This document shows positions 1 through 11,338 of a stretch of 64,000 bases of DNA, one piece after another. The DNA is from Squalus acanthias (taxonomy: Eukaryota). How positions within the stretch are numbered: the first letter of the stretch is position 1; every line of letters starts with the position of its first letter. Position numbers and translations under genes: made by a program. The stretch lies in NCBI GenBank assembly GCA_030390025.1, contig CM059432.1, positions 24,740,001 through 24,804,000 on the forward strand, in the 5' to 3' direction. The notes beneath the pieces were generated by a model. That model saw only the letters and a list, made by a program, of their open reading frames with translations, ran no database searches and had not been told where the DNA came from.

Positions 1-171
1 GCCTTTCCCGCCTCCAGGAGACGGTACCCGAAGCTGCACATCTTCCCGCCTCCTGGCAAAAGGGCATGGAGGCGGGATGGGGGCGGCTTTGCCTTCCGCC
101 CCCACTTTCTCCGAGTTTACCGGCTGTCCCGCCTCCATGCCCGCCTCCTCGGGGCTTGGAAAATCCAGCCC
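1..171. mobile_element. Right end of a PIF/Harbinger-type MITE (continues left of window)
   Basis: Ends in AAAATCCAGCCC followed by AAT. Its reverse complement (GGGCTGGATTTTCCAAGCCCCGAGGAGG) resembles the left end of the MITE at 15154. Confidence 0.65.
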
Positions 172-1104
172 AATCTCTGAAAAGAGTGGGATTGATGTGC
201 CTTTTCTTGAGGTTTTTTTGCTTTTATTAGCCTTAAATACAGAAAACGAAAGTAAGTACCGAGAGACAGATATCACTCTTTATAATATGGTAGTTTGGAT
301 CAATATCTTTAAGAAGCTTCTAATAGACTTTAAAAAATTGGCCTTGAACTCGGATTGTCACAAGATAAAGGGGAGATGAATTTGGCAGCTGCGTCAGCTC
401 CATTCTTAAAGATAGAAAATGTAATCAGTGATAATGATAATTGCTTTTGACTAATCATTTCTGGGAATGCTGCAGAGTAATTGTAGCCTCACCACCTGAG
501 GTGAGACAGTAATTCCACAGTGAACGATGCTTAGGAATTTATACTTGTCACATCAAGATGTGCTCGAGGACCAAGAGGTATTCGCCCATCCATGACATGA
601 AGTATACCATTCCGCTGGAGCAAATCGTCTTTAAAATAGAATTTGATTCACTCATTCTGAAGCCATCAAAAATGAAGTTGGCATTTTCCAAATAACATAG
701 CTCTATCATGGGCTTTGAAAGTACGCTGTGCAATATTTGCCTGACAACGATTTTGTTAAAACAAGGAATACGTTGTGGTAACATCGTTATAAGATACTGC
801 TTTCCTTTAACTATTAAAGGATTCTCAGAAGCTCAGTGCATTCGTAAGGAAGTATTTTGTCTATTATTTTAAAAGAAGTATTAACAAATAGGTTATTAAA
901 GCGGCAGATAAAGGAATTTGATACGAACATATCAATTGTTTGTACACTATTATCTTTATGGTACAATTCCTATACTTTATCTTTAAGGGCATCTCTTTGC
1001 TACTGATTTGTGACTGTACATGCCACTCACTGGCCTCTAATTGCCGATTAAATTTTAATGTCAACACAAAGCCAGCTGCCCCATATGTTAACCTTAAAAA
1101 AGAA

Positions 1105-1380
1105 AAAACGTAAGAACCTGCATTTATATAGCATCTTATCACATCTCTCAGTGAGCGCTTTACACACAATGAATTACTTCAACGTGTTGTTATGTAGGCA
1201 AACATGGCAGCCATTTTGCTCACTGCAAGATCCCACACTAGCAAGGAGATGAATGACCAATTAATCTATTTTTGGTAGTATTTGTTGAAGGGACATTATC
1301 AGTCAGGATTCTGGCAGAACTTCCTGCTATTATTCCAATAGGGATCTTTAACATCCACCTGAGCCACTGAAACAGGCAGA
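1105..1380 (-). mobile_element. Deu-SINE (SacSINE1-like), degenerate 3' part
   Basis: Reverse complement of the SINE tail (TGCATTTATATAGC) and of the body seen at 2362-2800. Confidence 0.65.
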
Positions 1381-1400
1381 CGTAGTTTTAAAAAGATTTA

Positions 1401-1829
1401 GGGAAGAAATTGGTCCACGTTACACCCGTTTTCTGGGCGTAAAACGGGAACAAAAAGGACCAATTTTGCGGGACTTACAAACAGCTGTAAAACGAAAGGT
1501 AAGTAGTTTTTCTTTATTTCATGTGGAGCCAGGAGGAGCAGGAGTGCTCCTCCCAGCTTCACAGCATTCCCGAGGGCCGCTGTCTACTCCCGTTCTCCTT
1601 TCCCCCCCTCGACACTTCCCTGAGGGTTGCTGTCTGTAAGACAGATGGTGCAATTTACATGGCTGGAAATGGGCGAGCTGGAAGCAGTTCGCCCGAATTA
1701 TTATAATACGGCCTGAGGCCCAATTTCAGGCACACCTCAGGCCTCCCGGTTGGGGGGGCGCACTACCTGCATGCCGTCAGTTATGCTCCCGAAAACTGGC
1801 CATAACGAATTTCGAGTCTCAATTTTCCC
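1401..1829. mobile_element. Harbinger-type MITE, degenerate
   Basis: Starts GGGAAGAAATT after TTA and ends near AATTTTCCC. The subterminal palindrome (CACCCGTTTTCTGGGCGTAAAACGGG) resembles the left end of the Harbinger at 60262. Confidence 0.5.
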
Positions 1830-2361
1830 TTTGGACTGGCTGGCGACGATCTCACACAACTTGCCTGAGTTCAATTCAGATGACTTCACACCCGAGTTAG
1901 GCTACATGGTTTGCCTCGATGTGAAGGCGAAGCCACCTTACATTCATGTATTCTGTTTTCACGTGGCTGGTCTGTATTATGTTGTGGCTTATGTTCTGTT
2001 AAAGATGATTATGCTTTGCTACAGAACTGTATTTTTAGTTTCCCTATTTTTCATACCTATTCTTAGCTTTTCGCCCTCTGCAGTGAGTAGATGAGTGTTA
2101 ATATGCTATCCAGACAGTTAGAAAGAATAAACAATGTTGCAGACATATCTGTGACCTTGTTGCAGATGCTGCCTCATAGACAGCAGGCTGACAAGAGGCA
2201 GGTTGTCATGGGAGGAGGCAAGGGTGCGGGGGGTAGAGTGGATACAATTCTTGAAGACAAAATGTCTACTCGCAGCAATATAACTGAGAAAGCTAATTAT
2301 GTGCAAAGCAGTATGGTTTAATGCTGAAAGGTATATATCTCACCACATCCTATAACTGCAG

Positions 2362-3192
2362 TGTCAGCTGTGGCTCAGTGGGTAGCACACTCGCCTCTGG
2401 CGTCAGAAGGTTGTGGGTTCAAGTTCCACTCCAGGGACTTCAGCACATAAAGCTAGGCTGACACTCCAGTGCGGTGCTGAGGGAGTGCTGCACTGTTGGA
2501 GGTGCCGTCTTTCAGATGAGACGGTAAACCGAGGCCCCGTCTGCTCTCTCAGGTGGATGTTAAAGATCCCATGGCACTATTTCGAAGAAAAATAGGGGAG
2601 TTATTCCCAGTGTCCAATAATTATCCCTCAACCAACATAACAAAAACAGATGATCTGGCCATTATCACATTGCTGTTTGTGGGACCTTGCTGTGCACAAA
2701 TTGGCTGCCGTGTTCCCCACACTACAACAGTGACTCCACTTCAAAAAATACTTCATTGGCTGTAAAGTGCTTTGAGACATCTGGTGGTTGTGAAAGGTGC
2801 CATATGAAGAAGAATAGGGGAGTTATCCCCAGTGTCCAATACTTATCCCTCAACCAACATAACAAAAACAGATGACAACTTTAGCTACATCATTAAATAA
2901 ATTTACAACAGAAATAGATAGTTTCCTAGAGGTAAAGGGAATTAGGGGTTACGGTGAACGGGCAGGAAATTGGACATGAGACTGAGTTCGGATCGGTCAA
3001 GGCCCTGTGGGTGGCGGAGCGGGCCCAGGGGCTGAGTGGCCGGGTCCTGCTCCTACTTCTTGTGTTCTTTAGATTTGAGGTTAGGATCAGATCAGCCATG
3101 ATCTTATTGAATGGCGGAGCAGGCTCGAGGGGCCGATTGGCCTACTCCTGTTCCTATTTCTTATGTTCTTATATAAATGTAAGTCTTTCTTT
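2362..3192 (+). mobile_element. Deu-SINE (SacSINE1-like), full length, tail interrupted by a CR1 fragment
   Basis: tRNA-like head with A box (TGGCTCAGTGG) and B box (GGTTCAAGTTCC), Deu-domain core (GGAGGTGCCGTCTTTCAGATGAGACG...AAGATCCCATGGCAC) and L2-like tail GAAAGGTGCCATAT...ATAAATGTAAGTCTTTCT. Confidence 0.85.
2883..3172 (+). mobile_element. CR1 LINE 3' fragment
   Basis: Closely matches the ORF2 end and 3' UTR of the CR1 at 12890-13221. Ends in TTCTTATGTTCTTAT. Confidence 0.9.
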
Positions 3193-3904
3193 CAACCTGT
3201 GGAGTCAGGCTATTTGGAAGCATGTCAGCCTTGGCTCAATAGTAGCATTGTCGCTTCTGAGTCAGAAGGTCATGGGTTCAAACCTTGCCCGAGGGACTTG
3301 AGCACATAATCCAGACTGATACTTCTGAGGGCCAAGAGCAGGTGTGCAATTTTTCCATAGTGTAAACAACGTGGCATTTGGTGAATCAACAACATCACAA
3401 GCGATGATGTTGCAGCCACCAGTTTCATTAAAGTGAACGGGGGAGGAAAACATGTTTGCATTTCGATCTCCATGGAGCACAGCGAGGCTACAGAAACCGG
3501 CCTCTGATGAATATAAAAGGAAGAAAGTGGTGCATGGTGATCACTCTCCCCGAACAGGAGCAGTAGTCCAATAAGAGCACCTGTCGTGGCACCATATCAA
3601 ACCCTGGTCTCAGAGGTGCTAGGGCTGGGAACTAGACCATTGCACCAACCCAGTGTTCTGCCACTTTAATGATTTGGAATTTTATCCATCATGAATATGT
3701 TTTCAGCTACAATATTTTTGGTTTTCAATAAAATATTCAGTGCAAACAAACATTTGTTCTGGAGAATTATAATGATATAATAAATTAAACATCATGAGTA
3801 GGGAATTAAATTACTGAATAATTTACCTGGAAATAATGAAGTATATCTCCCTAACTAAGGTGGCTAGAGTAATTGCATTTCACTTACAGTCTCCTAAACC
3901 CATT

Positions 3905-4607
3905 GGCCCCGATATTTACTCGGGGCTTTGAAAAGAGGGTTGGGGTGGGAGGGAGGATTTCCAGACGGGAAACACAGAAGTACGGGTGAAGGACGTCTTT
4001 TAAATTTTTTCAGCAGGTTTCCCGCTCAACAGCCAGCCTGATTGACAAGCTGGCTGCCTGTCGGGCAGGAAAGCAGCCGGAGAATGGATGGCAGGTAAGT
4101 AGGAGATCGCGGGGAGGGTTGGGGTGTCGGAGATCGCGAGGGGTGGGGGGGAATCGGAGATCGCAGGGGGTTGGGGAAATCAGAGATCGTGGGGAGTGGA
4201 GTGCGAGTCCCCTGATGTGTAAAGAGTTTAGCTTGTTGGGCCTGGGGGAAAAACTCCTGCTCCTCCTGGTCCACAAGCAGTGCTGTAAATGCACTCACCT
4301 CTTGGATCCGGGCCTTCTCACCTTCTTTTATCTGCTGGGATTTCCGAATCCAATGAAATCCAGCATCCATGGTTTAAAAATTTTAATCCTGTTAAAATGG
4401 AGGCACACAGCCTCCTTAAAAGATTTTACTGGCCGACCCGTCTCCTGAGAGCGGATTGGTCGCCCACCTCCTGACCCGCCACTGTTAAACTGGAAGTGGG
4501 CGGGTTGGAGCTGGGTTTGGGTAAGGTTTGGGATTTAAAAGATTTTTACCTTCCAACTGCACCCAACCCACCCGACCTTTGGGGGGGAGGGGGGGTAAAA
4601 TTCCCCC
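3905..4607. mobile_element. Harbinger-type MITE
   Basis: ATT on both flanks (3902-3904, 4608-4610) and imperfect GG..ATTT / AAAATT..CC termini. Internal similarity to 38750-39558 in opposite orientation. Confidence 0.65.
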
Positions 4608-4869
4608 ATTGGATCTCAAATGCTATCGGAAAAATTATCCAAGTGTCAGTAAATATTTCTTCTGTGTTTCCACCATTTGGAAATTGTTTTTCACCCTTTT
4701 TGTTTTGTGAACTTTGTACTCATCAAAGTAAAGGACGTTTGGGCTGAGGAATGAAACATTTTCTATCTTGGGTACCCAAGATGAGTCAACATCGCATGCT
4801 CCCATGTTAACTACACCATGGTTAGATGCAGGGTAAAGTTCCCTCTACACTACTCCAACATCAAAAAGA

Positions 4870-4945
4870 GCACAGAAACAGAAAATGCTGGAAACACTCA
4901 GCAGCTCAGTCAATATCTGTGGAGAGAACAGTTAAGCTAATGTTT
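4870..4945 (-). mobile_element. Penelope-type short repeat fragment (same family as 17011-17170, ribozyme core missing)
   Basis: AAACAGAAAATGCTGGAAACACTCAGCAG...ATCTGTGGAGAGA is the reverse complement of the 3' part of the 17011-17170 insert. Confidence 0.65.
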
Positions 4946-6169
4946 TAACAATGGACTAGTCGTCATAACTGCTGCACTAGTGTCATATTTTTCTGTTTTC
5001 CACATCCGCCCATTCTATGGACTCACTGGGTGAGATTTTCAATTTAGTGACAAGTTAGGGACAGTTTGAGTTTTGTGTCCACGTCAGCTAGGAATTGGAT
5101 TGAGCCTGCCCCAACTTATTTTACATTTTGAGCAGAAATCTGGCTTTTGGCTAAACTTCCCCCAATCTATTAACTTGACACATAAAAGATTCTTCTCTTT
5201 TTTCAAAAATTCTCCTCATCTCCCCCTGGCTTTTTTTTTAAACAACTGTCTTCAATCTGTGTCCTCTGATTACCGACCCTCCTGCCAGTGGAAACAGTTT
5301 CTCCCTATCTACTCTATCAAAACTCCCAAATGGCAGTTCTATTGCATTGCTGCGTTATAGGGAATGGGCATCTTTGCACAATGTACTTCTAAAAAAAAAA
5401 AAATGTGTCACATGGAAGATTAGCTGTGGCGTTAGTCACCGCAAGTCAGAAGACACGCTGTTGTACAATGGCAGGAACATTATGCCGTGTAACGTACCAT
5501 GTACTATTCTGGTGCGAATGTGGAGCTGTGTATTATCTGACCTACCCCTTTAAAGGCACACAGTCACAGAGCTGGAAATAGCCACACTCTGAAGTTAATT
5601 AGGGGTTAAGCAAGCCTTGAGGTAAATTAAAAGGTAATTGTTTTCCTGTAGATTGTCAGCAATCTGTAAATCTCTAGCTGCTCCCTAAGGTCATTAAAAC
5701 CAGAAGAAAATGATAGTTTTGTTCCCTTTTTTTATACTTTGAAGTGTGATAAATGCAAACTAGATTTATTTTTACATAGATAGATTATAAGTGATAAATT
5801 TGTGAACCAGAACAATCTGAAAAACATACTGTGGTAATATGTAAATGGAGGCAAGGACCCAGAGAACAAAGAGAACTACAGGGAACAGATAACTCCAGTA
5901 GCTGTTGGCAATTGCACTTCAGGTTACACTGCCAAGTTCAACTGTTGCAGGAAGTGGGAACCACAGCCAAGGCCGACTCTGCCCTCAGCACCTCCTTATC
6001 AAATAACGTGCTGACATTCACCGTCTAGGCTCGCATGGACACCAGAGCAAGCATTGGTGGCAGGAGCTCTAGAGTTGGTTTTAGCTTGGTTTAGGGAGGA
6101 GGTGAATGAGCCAGCGTTCCCACATCCTATCCAGTGACCTGTTGGAAAATGCGCACCAAAGGCAACTGC

Positions 6170-8890
6170 TAACCGTCTCCTTAAACCCCTCTCCCCTCCA
6201 CCCTCAGCTCCAATGATAAGAGGAGCAAATGGACTTCTTAATCACTAAGATTGGGACCATCTGTCCAACTGCCTCGACTGCATTCTCCACCCTTCTCCTT
6301 ACCCACCAAGCCAAATTTCCCATATGGTTGCACCCTGCCCTACCTTTGAACCCTGCATCTTTCTCTGGTTTATCTCCTGTCTCCCCTCATGCCCTCTCTG
6401 AGCTCATCTTTTTCATAAGACTCACCTCCTACTCTCTCAACCCTATTCTTACTAAACTGCTGACCACCCAGCCTCCCTTTTTGGCCCCGATGCTAGTTGA
6501 CATTATAAATAGTTTCCCTCTCCTTGAGTACTATTATCCCTTTCAAAACTGCCTCGCTACTCAAAAGACCCACTCTCAAAACCCTCTGCCTTTGCAAACT
6601 ACCGCCCATTTCTAACCTTCCTTTCCTCTCCAAAGTCCTTGAACATGTTGGGGGAAAAATTCAGTATCGCCCCGTTTGGGGCGCCATTATCGGCCGTGCG
6701 CAAAGTTTAGTGCCTGGCGCTAATTATCGCCTCCGACTGCAAACTTGACTTTTATCGCCCCTGGAGGTGATTGGGGCGCTAAATCAGGCGCTACACACCT
6801 GTCTTAAGGCGCAAAGGCCGAGCAGTGAGGCGCTAACTCAGAGCGCGGGCACAGCGCAGGTGCTGTCAGTTAGATATGGAGCACAGACACACTGGCGCCG
6901 GCCAGTTCTTAAAGGGGAGGGTTAATTTTGCTCTCCATCCACATCCTGCTCATTGCAGCCTTGAATCTCGGCCTGGAGAGACCTGTACATCAAATCTGCT
7001 GGAAAGAACAATGGAGAGTACCAGGGAAAGAGCTCAGAGTGCAGCCCTCACAGTCTCTTTTGAATCGATACAAGGAAGGGCAAATCAAAATGAACCTGCA
7101 AAGTGCTGCTCAGTACCCAAAACTCCTTCACACAGCGTTGAATCTCTCCAGAAGTCTCTCTCTCTCTCTCTCTCTCAGAATGCATGGCGCAAAAATGTCA
7201 CCAACAAAAAAAGGCAGGAAGCGGTCGCCTTTAAATAGCGATCCCCCAGTCCCTTCCTGACTGCAAAACACTCCCCTCAACCTGTCGTTGCTAGCGGCAG
7301 GCGGTAAGGTAGGGGGCGCCACTCAATATCCGGTCCGGGGCGCTACCGGGGCATTGCGCACTCGACTGACGTCACGATCTGCCGGCGCAGGAGATCGTGG
7401 CAGTAGTGTTTAGTGCCGCCGCAAAATGTCTGGTTAATTTCGTGAGCGGCGCAAACATCGCCGCGCACGGGCGCTAGTTGCTTTGCGCCCCATTAGCGCC
7501 CTCTTAAGGCGCTAACGGTAGGCACAAACCAACTGAATTTTTCCCCCGTTGTCTCTTCCCACATCTGTACCCATCTTTACCGCAACTACATGTCTAAATC
7601 CTTCCAATCAGGTTTCTGTTCCTGCCACATCACTGAAACAACCCTAATCAAAGTCACAAATGACATTCTCTGTGATAGATCCTCATGCATTCTCTCTCCT
7701 CATCGTTCTCGAACTCTCTGCAGCCTTTAACACTGTCGACCACACCATCCTCAACCAAGGCCTCTGCACCGTTGACCAGCTGAGTGGGACTGTCCTCGTT
7801 TGGTCCAACTCTTACCTATCCGATTGTAGCAAGAACATCTCCTGCAATGACTTCTCTTTCTGCTCCAGCACCATTAGTCTAGAGTCCCCCAAGGGACTCC
7901 TTGGCCTCCTCCTCATCTACATGCTGCCCCTCAGTGACATCATCAAAAGACATGGCATCAGCCTCCACATGTATGTTGATGACAGCCAGCTGTACCTCTC
8001 CACCATCTCTCTAGACCACTCCACTGCCTCTGTGTTGTCAGTCTGCTTGTCTGACAGTCAGACCTGGATGATTGCCTCCAATTATACATTGAAAACACTG
8101 AAGCCATTGTCTTTGGCCCCCACCACAAACTCTGTTCCCTAGCCACCAATTCATCTCCCTCTCCAGCTACTATTTAAGGCTGAACCAGACTGTTAGCAAC
8201 CTTGATGTTCCATTTGAACCTGAGCTGAGCTTCCAACTCCATGTCCGCTCCATCACAAATCTCGCCTACTTTCACATCCATAACATTGCCTGTCTCTGCC
8301 CCTGCCTCAGCCAATCTGCTGCTGAAACTCTCATCCATACTTTTGTCACCTCCAGACTGGACTATTCCAATGCTCACCTGGTTGGGCACCCATCCTTCAT
8401 AAACTTGAGTTTATCCAAAACTCTGCTGCCCGCATCCTAACCCGCACCAAATCCCACTCACCCATCACCCCCTGTGCTCACTGATCCACATTGGCTCCCG
8501 ATCCACCAACCCCTCAAATTTAAAATTATCATTGTTTTGTTCAAATCTCTCCACGGCCTCACCCCTCTCTATCTCTGTAACTTTCTCCAGCCCTAGGAAC
8601 CCCCGAAAACTCTGCATTTTTCCAACTGTGGCCTCTTGTGAATCCTTTACTAGCTTCGCCCACTATTGGTGGTCGAGCCTTCAACCGACTAGGCCCAAAG
8701 CTCTGGAATTGAATCCCAAACCTCTCCACCACTCCATCTCTCTCTCCTCGTTAAAACCTACCTCTTTGACGAAGCTTTTAGCCACCCTCCCTTTATATCT
8801 CCTACCTTGGCTCAGTGCCAATTTTTGCCTGATTGCACTTCTGTGAAGCTCCGTGGAATGTTTTACCATGTTAAAGGTGCTATATAAATA
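6170..8890 (+). mobile_element. L2 LINE, decayed ORF2 (RT) plus 3' end, split by a MITE
   Basis: Frameshifted RT motifs PISNLPFLSKVLE, LELSAAFNTVDH and HMYVDDSQLY. Tail TTAAAGGTGCTATATAAAT. Confidence 0.9.
6650..7547. mobile_element. PIF/Harbinger-type MITE (898 bp), copy 1
   Basis: Perfect TIR GGGGGAAAAATTCAGT and TSD GTT (6647-6649 / 7548-7550). The L2 sequence rejoins across it. Second copy at 46326-47218. Confidence 0.92.
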
Positions 8891-8976
8891 TGAGAAGTCG
8901 CACAACACCAGGTTATAGTCCAACAGATTTATTTTAAATTACAAGCTTTCGGAGCTGTTGCCCCTTCGTCAGATAG
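8891..8976 (-). mobile_element. Penelope-type terminal-repeat fragment carrying a minimal hammerhead motif
   Basis: Same family as 9970-10193. The minus strand reads CUGACGA-A-GGGGC-AACA-GCUCC-GAAA-GC-UU. Confidence 0.7.
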
Positions 8977-9969
8977 AGTTACAATGAGGGAATCTACAAT
9001 ATTTCACAGTATAAATATAGTATAAATATAGTTGTTGTCATTGTTGTTGATGACAGACGGAGTCAAGCTTGGTTGTGACACACTCCCAGAGGCAAATGGC
9101 CTGCCGGCACTCTGGGGGTTCAAGTGGGGTACTCTGTCGCACTGGTGCAACTTCGGCAAAACAGGCAAGGAAGCCCTGGATAAACAAGCACGGGTGGTGG
9201 AAGAAGAAACCCTAATCGTTTTCAAGAAGGAACTAAACTGGCTCTTGTCAGCAAATGGGATACAGGGTTATTAGAAACGTAACGAGGGAATACTCTGGAT
9301 AGATGGACTGGAGGTCTTCTCCTGCCTGAAACTGCTACTAAAGTTACGGTGTATGAGCAGAATAAAGCGGCGTGGAAATGCATCTCTTCACTCTCACACA
9401 TGAAAAATGCCCATTATAACGAATTATTGGAAGGCAGCCAGTATCCATGGAACTGTATCCCAACAGTTCAGTAATGGACGGGAGAAAACTGGAGAAAAAG
9501 CTGCAGAGAATATTCTCATTATGTTGGGCTATGATGCAGCAATAACCACCTTCATGCTGTTTGCCTCCAGATATGTAGAGTACAAATCAATATTGGCAAA
9601 CGTATAATAAACCGCATGGACATCTGCCAGGAGTAGAAAATGTACTGCACATTTATTCTTACATTTGCTTGTAAGAATTCTGAGTCTTTAGTGAAGGATT
9701 ATTTTCATTTGGTATCTCTGTAAGAGAAAGATCCCCTCACTCCCTAAAGTTGGGACTGTTGGTGCCACATAGCAACCCACAAAGGAAACAAAAACACTTC
9801 CACTGTACTACAGCAGTTGGATTGAATATGAAAGGGAGCACATTATCTTTTACTCCCTCTCATTTTCTGCTGCCCTCCTTGCTGCTACTTGCTGGGGTCT
9901 TTTTTCTTTTTCTTTGGCATTGCATCAATAATCGTGTAAGATTATTTCTCAGCCTAAAAAAAAGTAGCC

Positions 9970-10193
9970 ATGATGCGGAGATGCCGGTGTTGGACTGGGG
10001 TGGACAAAAGTGAGAAGTCGCACAACACCAGGTTATTATCCAACAGCTTTATTTGAAATCACAAGCTTTCGGAGCGCTGCTGTGCCCATATGTATTTCTT
10101 CACTTCACCTGACGAAGGAGCAGCGCTCCGAAAGCTTGTGATTTCAAATAAAACTGTTGGACTATAACCTGGTGTTGTGCGCCTTCTCACTTT
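9970..10193. mobile_element. Penelope-type inverted terminal-repeat remnant
   Basis: Arms of about 75 bp (10007-10081 and 10119-10193) are inverted repeats, and a hammerhead core overlaps the right arm. Inverted pseudo-LTRs carrying hammerheads are characteristic of Penelope-like elements. Confidence 0.75.
10105..10141 (+). ncRNA. Minimal type-I hammerhead ribozyme motif
   Basis: UCAC-CUGACGA-A-GGAGC-AGC-GCUCC-GAAA-GC-UU-GUGA: stem I (UCAC/GUGA), conserved core, perfect 5-bp stem II and palindromic minimal stem III. Confidence 0.75.
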
Positions 10194-10459
10194 AAAAAAA
10201 AAGTAGATTGGAGTTTTAAGATTGTCCATGTCTTTGATAAGCATTTAGATGGCTTTGTAAACCAATCCTAGAGAGACATACTTTACCACAACACTCATAT
10301 ATCCCAGTTGATGGTGTAGTCACAGCAGATGGACATTCTTTCCTCTGTCTATGTTTCCCTTCTTCTTTGGCAATCCTAGCTTGTTCAAACTCGTTAACAT
10401 CCTGAATCTCCTACTCTGGCCTACTCCTGCTCCTATTTCTTATGTTCTTATGTTCTTAT

Positions 10460-10700
10460 CCACACGGATCACCACAGTTTGCAGTCTTTGATGGATTCCT
10501 CCCATGTATTGATGCCAATCTCATATTTCTTCAGAGTGGATTTTAAACTATCCTTATATCTCTTTATCTGGCTGCCAACACCGCTGTGGGTGGCTCTCAG
10601 TTTGAAATAAAAGAGCTGTTTTGGGAGTTTGGAGTCATCCATTCGGTATACATGGCCAGACCAGCAACGTTGGGCTTTGATATCCATAGCTTCAATACTG
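10460..10700 (-). mobile_element. RTE-clade LINE, ORF C-terminal fragment
   Basis: WSGHVYRMDDSKLPKQLFY...RYKDSLKSTLK resembles the RTE/BovB C-terminal motif (RWxGHVxRM...PKxxxYGEL). Confidence 0.8.
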
Positions 10701-11338
10701 GTACAACTGGTTTTTGAGTAAATAAAACTTGCTGGGGTATAGTTATATGGGCAGCAGTAGCTCTACAGTATCTCACCCAATTGGCCACCCATCATGTGTG
10801 ACTGTTGACAGTGGAAAATAGAAAGATTACATTTATATAGCAGCTTTCACGACTTCAGGACATCCCAAAGCGCTTTAAAACCAATGAAGCACTTTTGAAG
10901 TGCAGTCACTGTTGTAATGTAGGGAAATACAGCAGCCATTTGCTGCAAAGCAAGCTCCCACTAAAACAAAAATTAAATAAATGACCAGATTATTTGTTTT
11001 AGCTGTTGGTTGAGCGATAAATATTGGCCAGGACACCAGGAAGAACACCCCTGCTCTTCTTCGAATAGTGCCGTGGGATCTTTTATGTCCACCTGAGAGG
11101 GAAGACAGGGCCTTGATTTAATGGCCCAAAAATTCGTGAGGAAGCCTTTGTGCGAGGGTAAGGCCTCCCCACGATCTCTCACTCCGCGTTGGCTTTTTCA
11201 GTTCCAGCTCGCACGAACTTGATGTTCTGGACAGCTGCTGTGCTGGGCTTGCGTATCCCACCGGCGTAGTTAATTTGTGCGAGCTGTGGGATCACGTGAC
11301 TCAGTTAGAGCCAATGGCAGCACACCATCTTCCATTCA

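Noticed and set aside
545..628. Possible minus-strand exon (DLLQRNGILHVMDGRIPLGPRAHLDVT) between AG and GT
   Set aside because: Splice signals are weak, I cannot recognise the protein, and no partner exons were found. It would need RNA-seq or BLAST.
2083..2330. Possible plus-strand exon or 76-aa ORF after a polypyrimidine-CAG
   Set aside because: No recognisable protein similarity, and stops immediately follow the acceptor in two frames.
2362..2440. tRNA gene
   Set aside because: A and B boxes are present but continue into the SINE body, with no full cloverleaf. The same applies to the other SINE heads.
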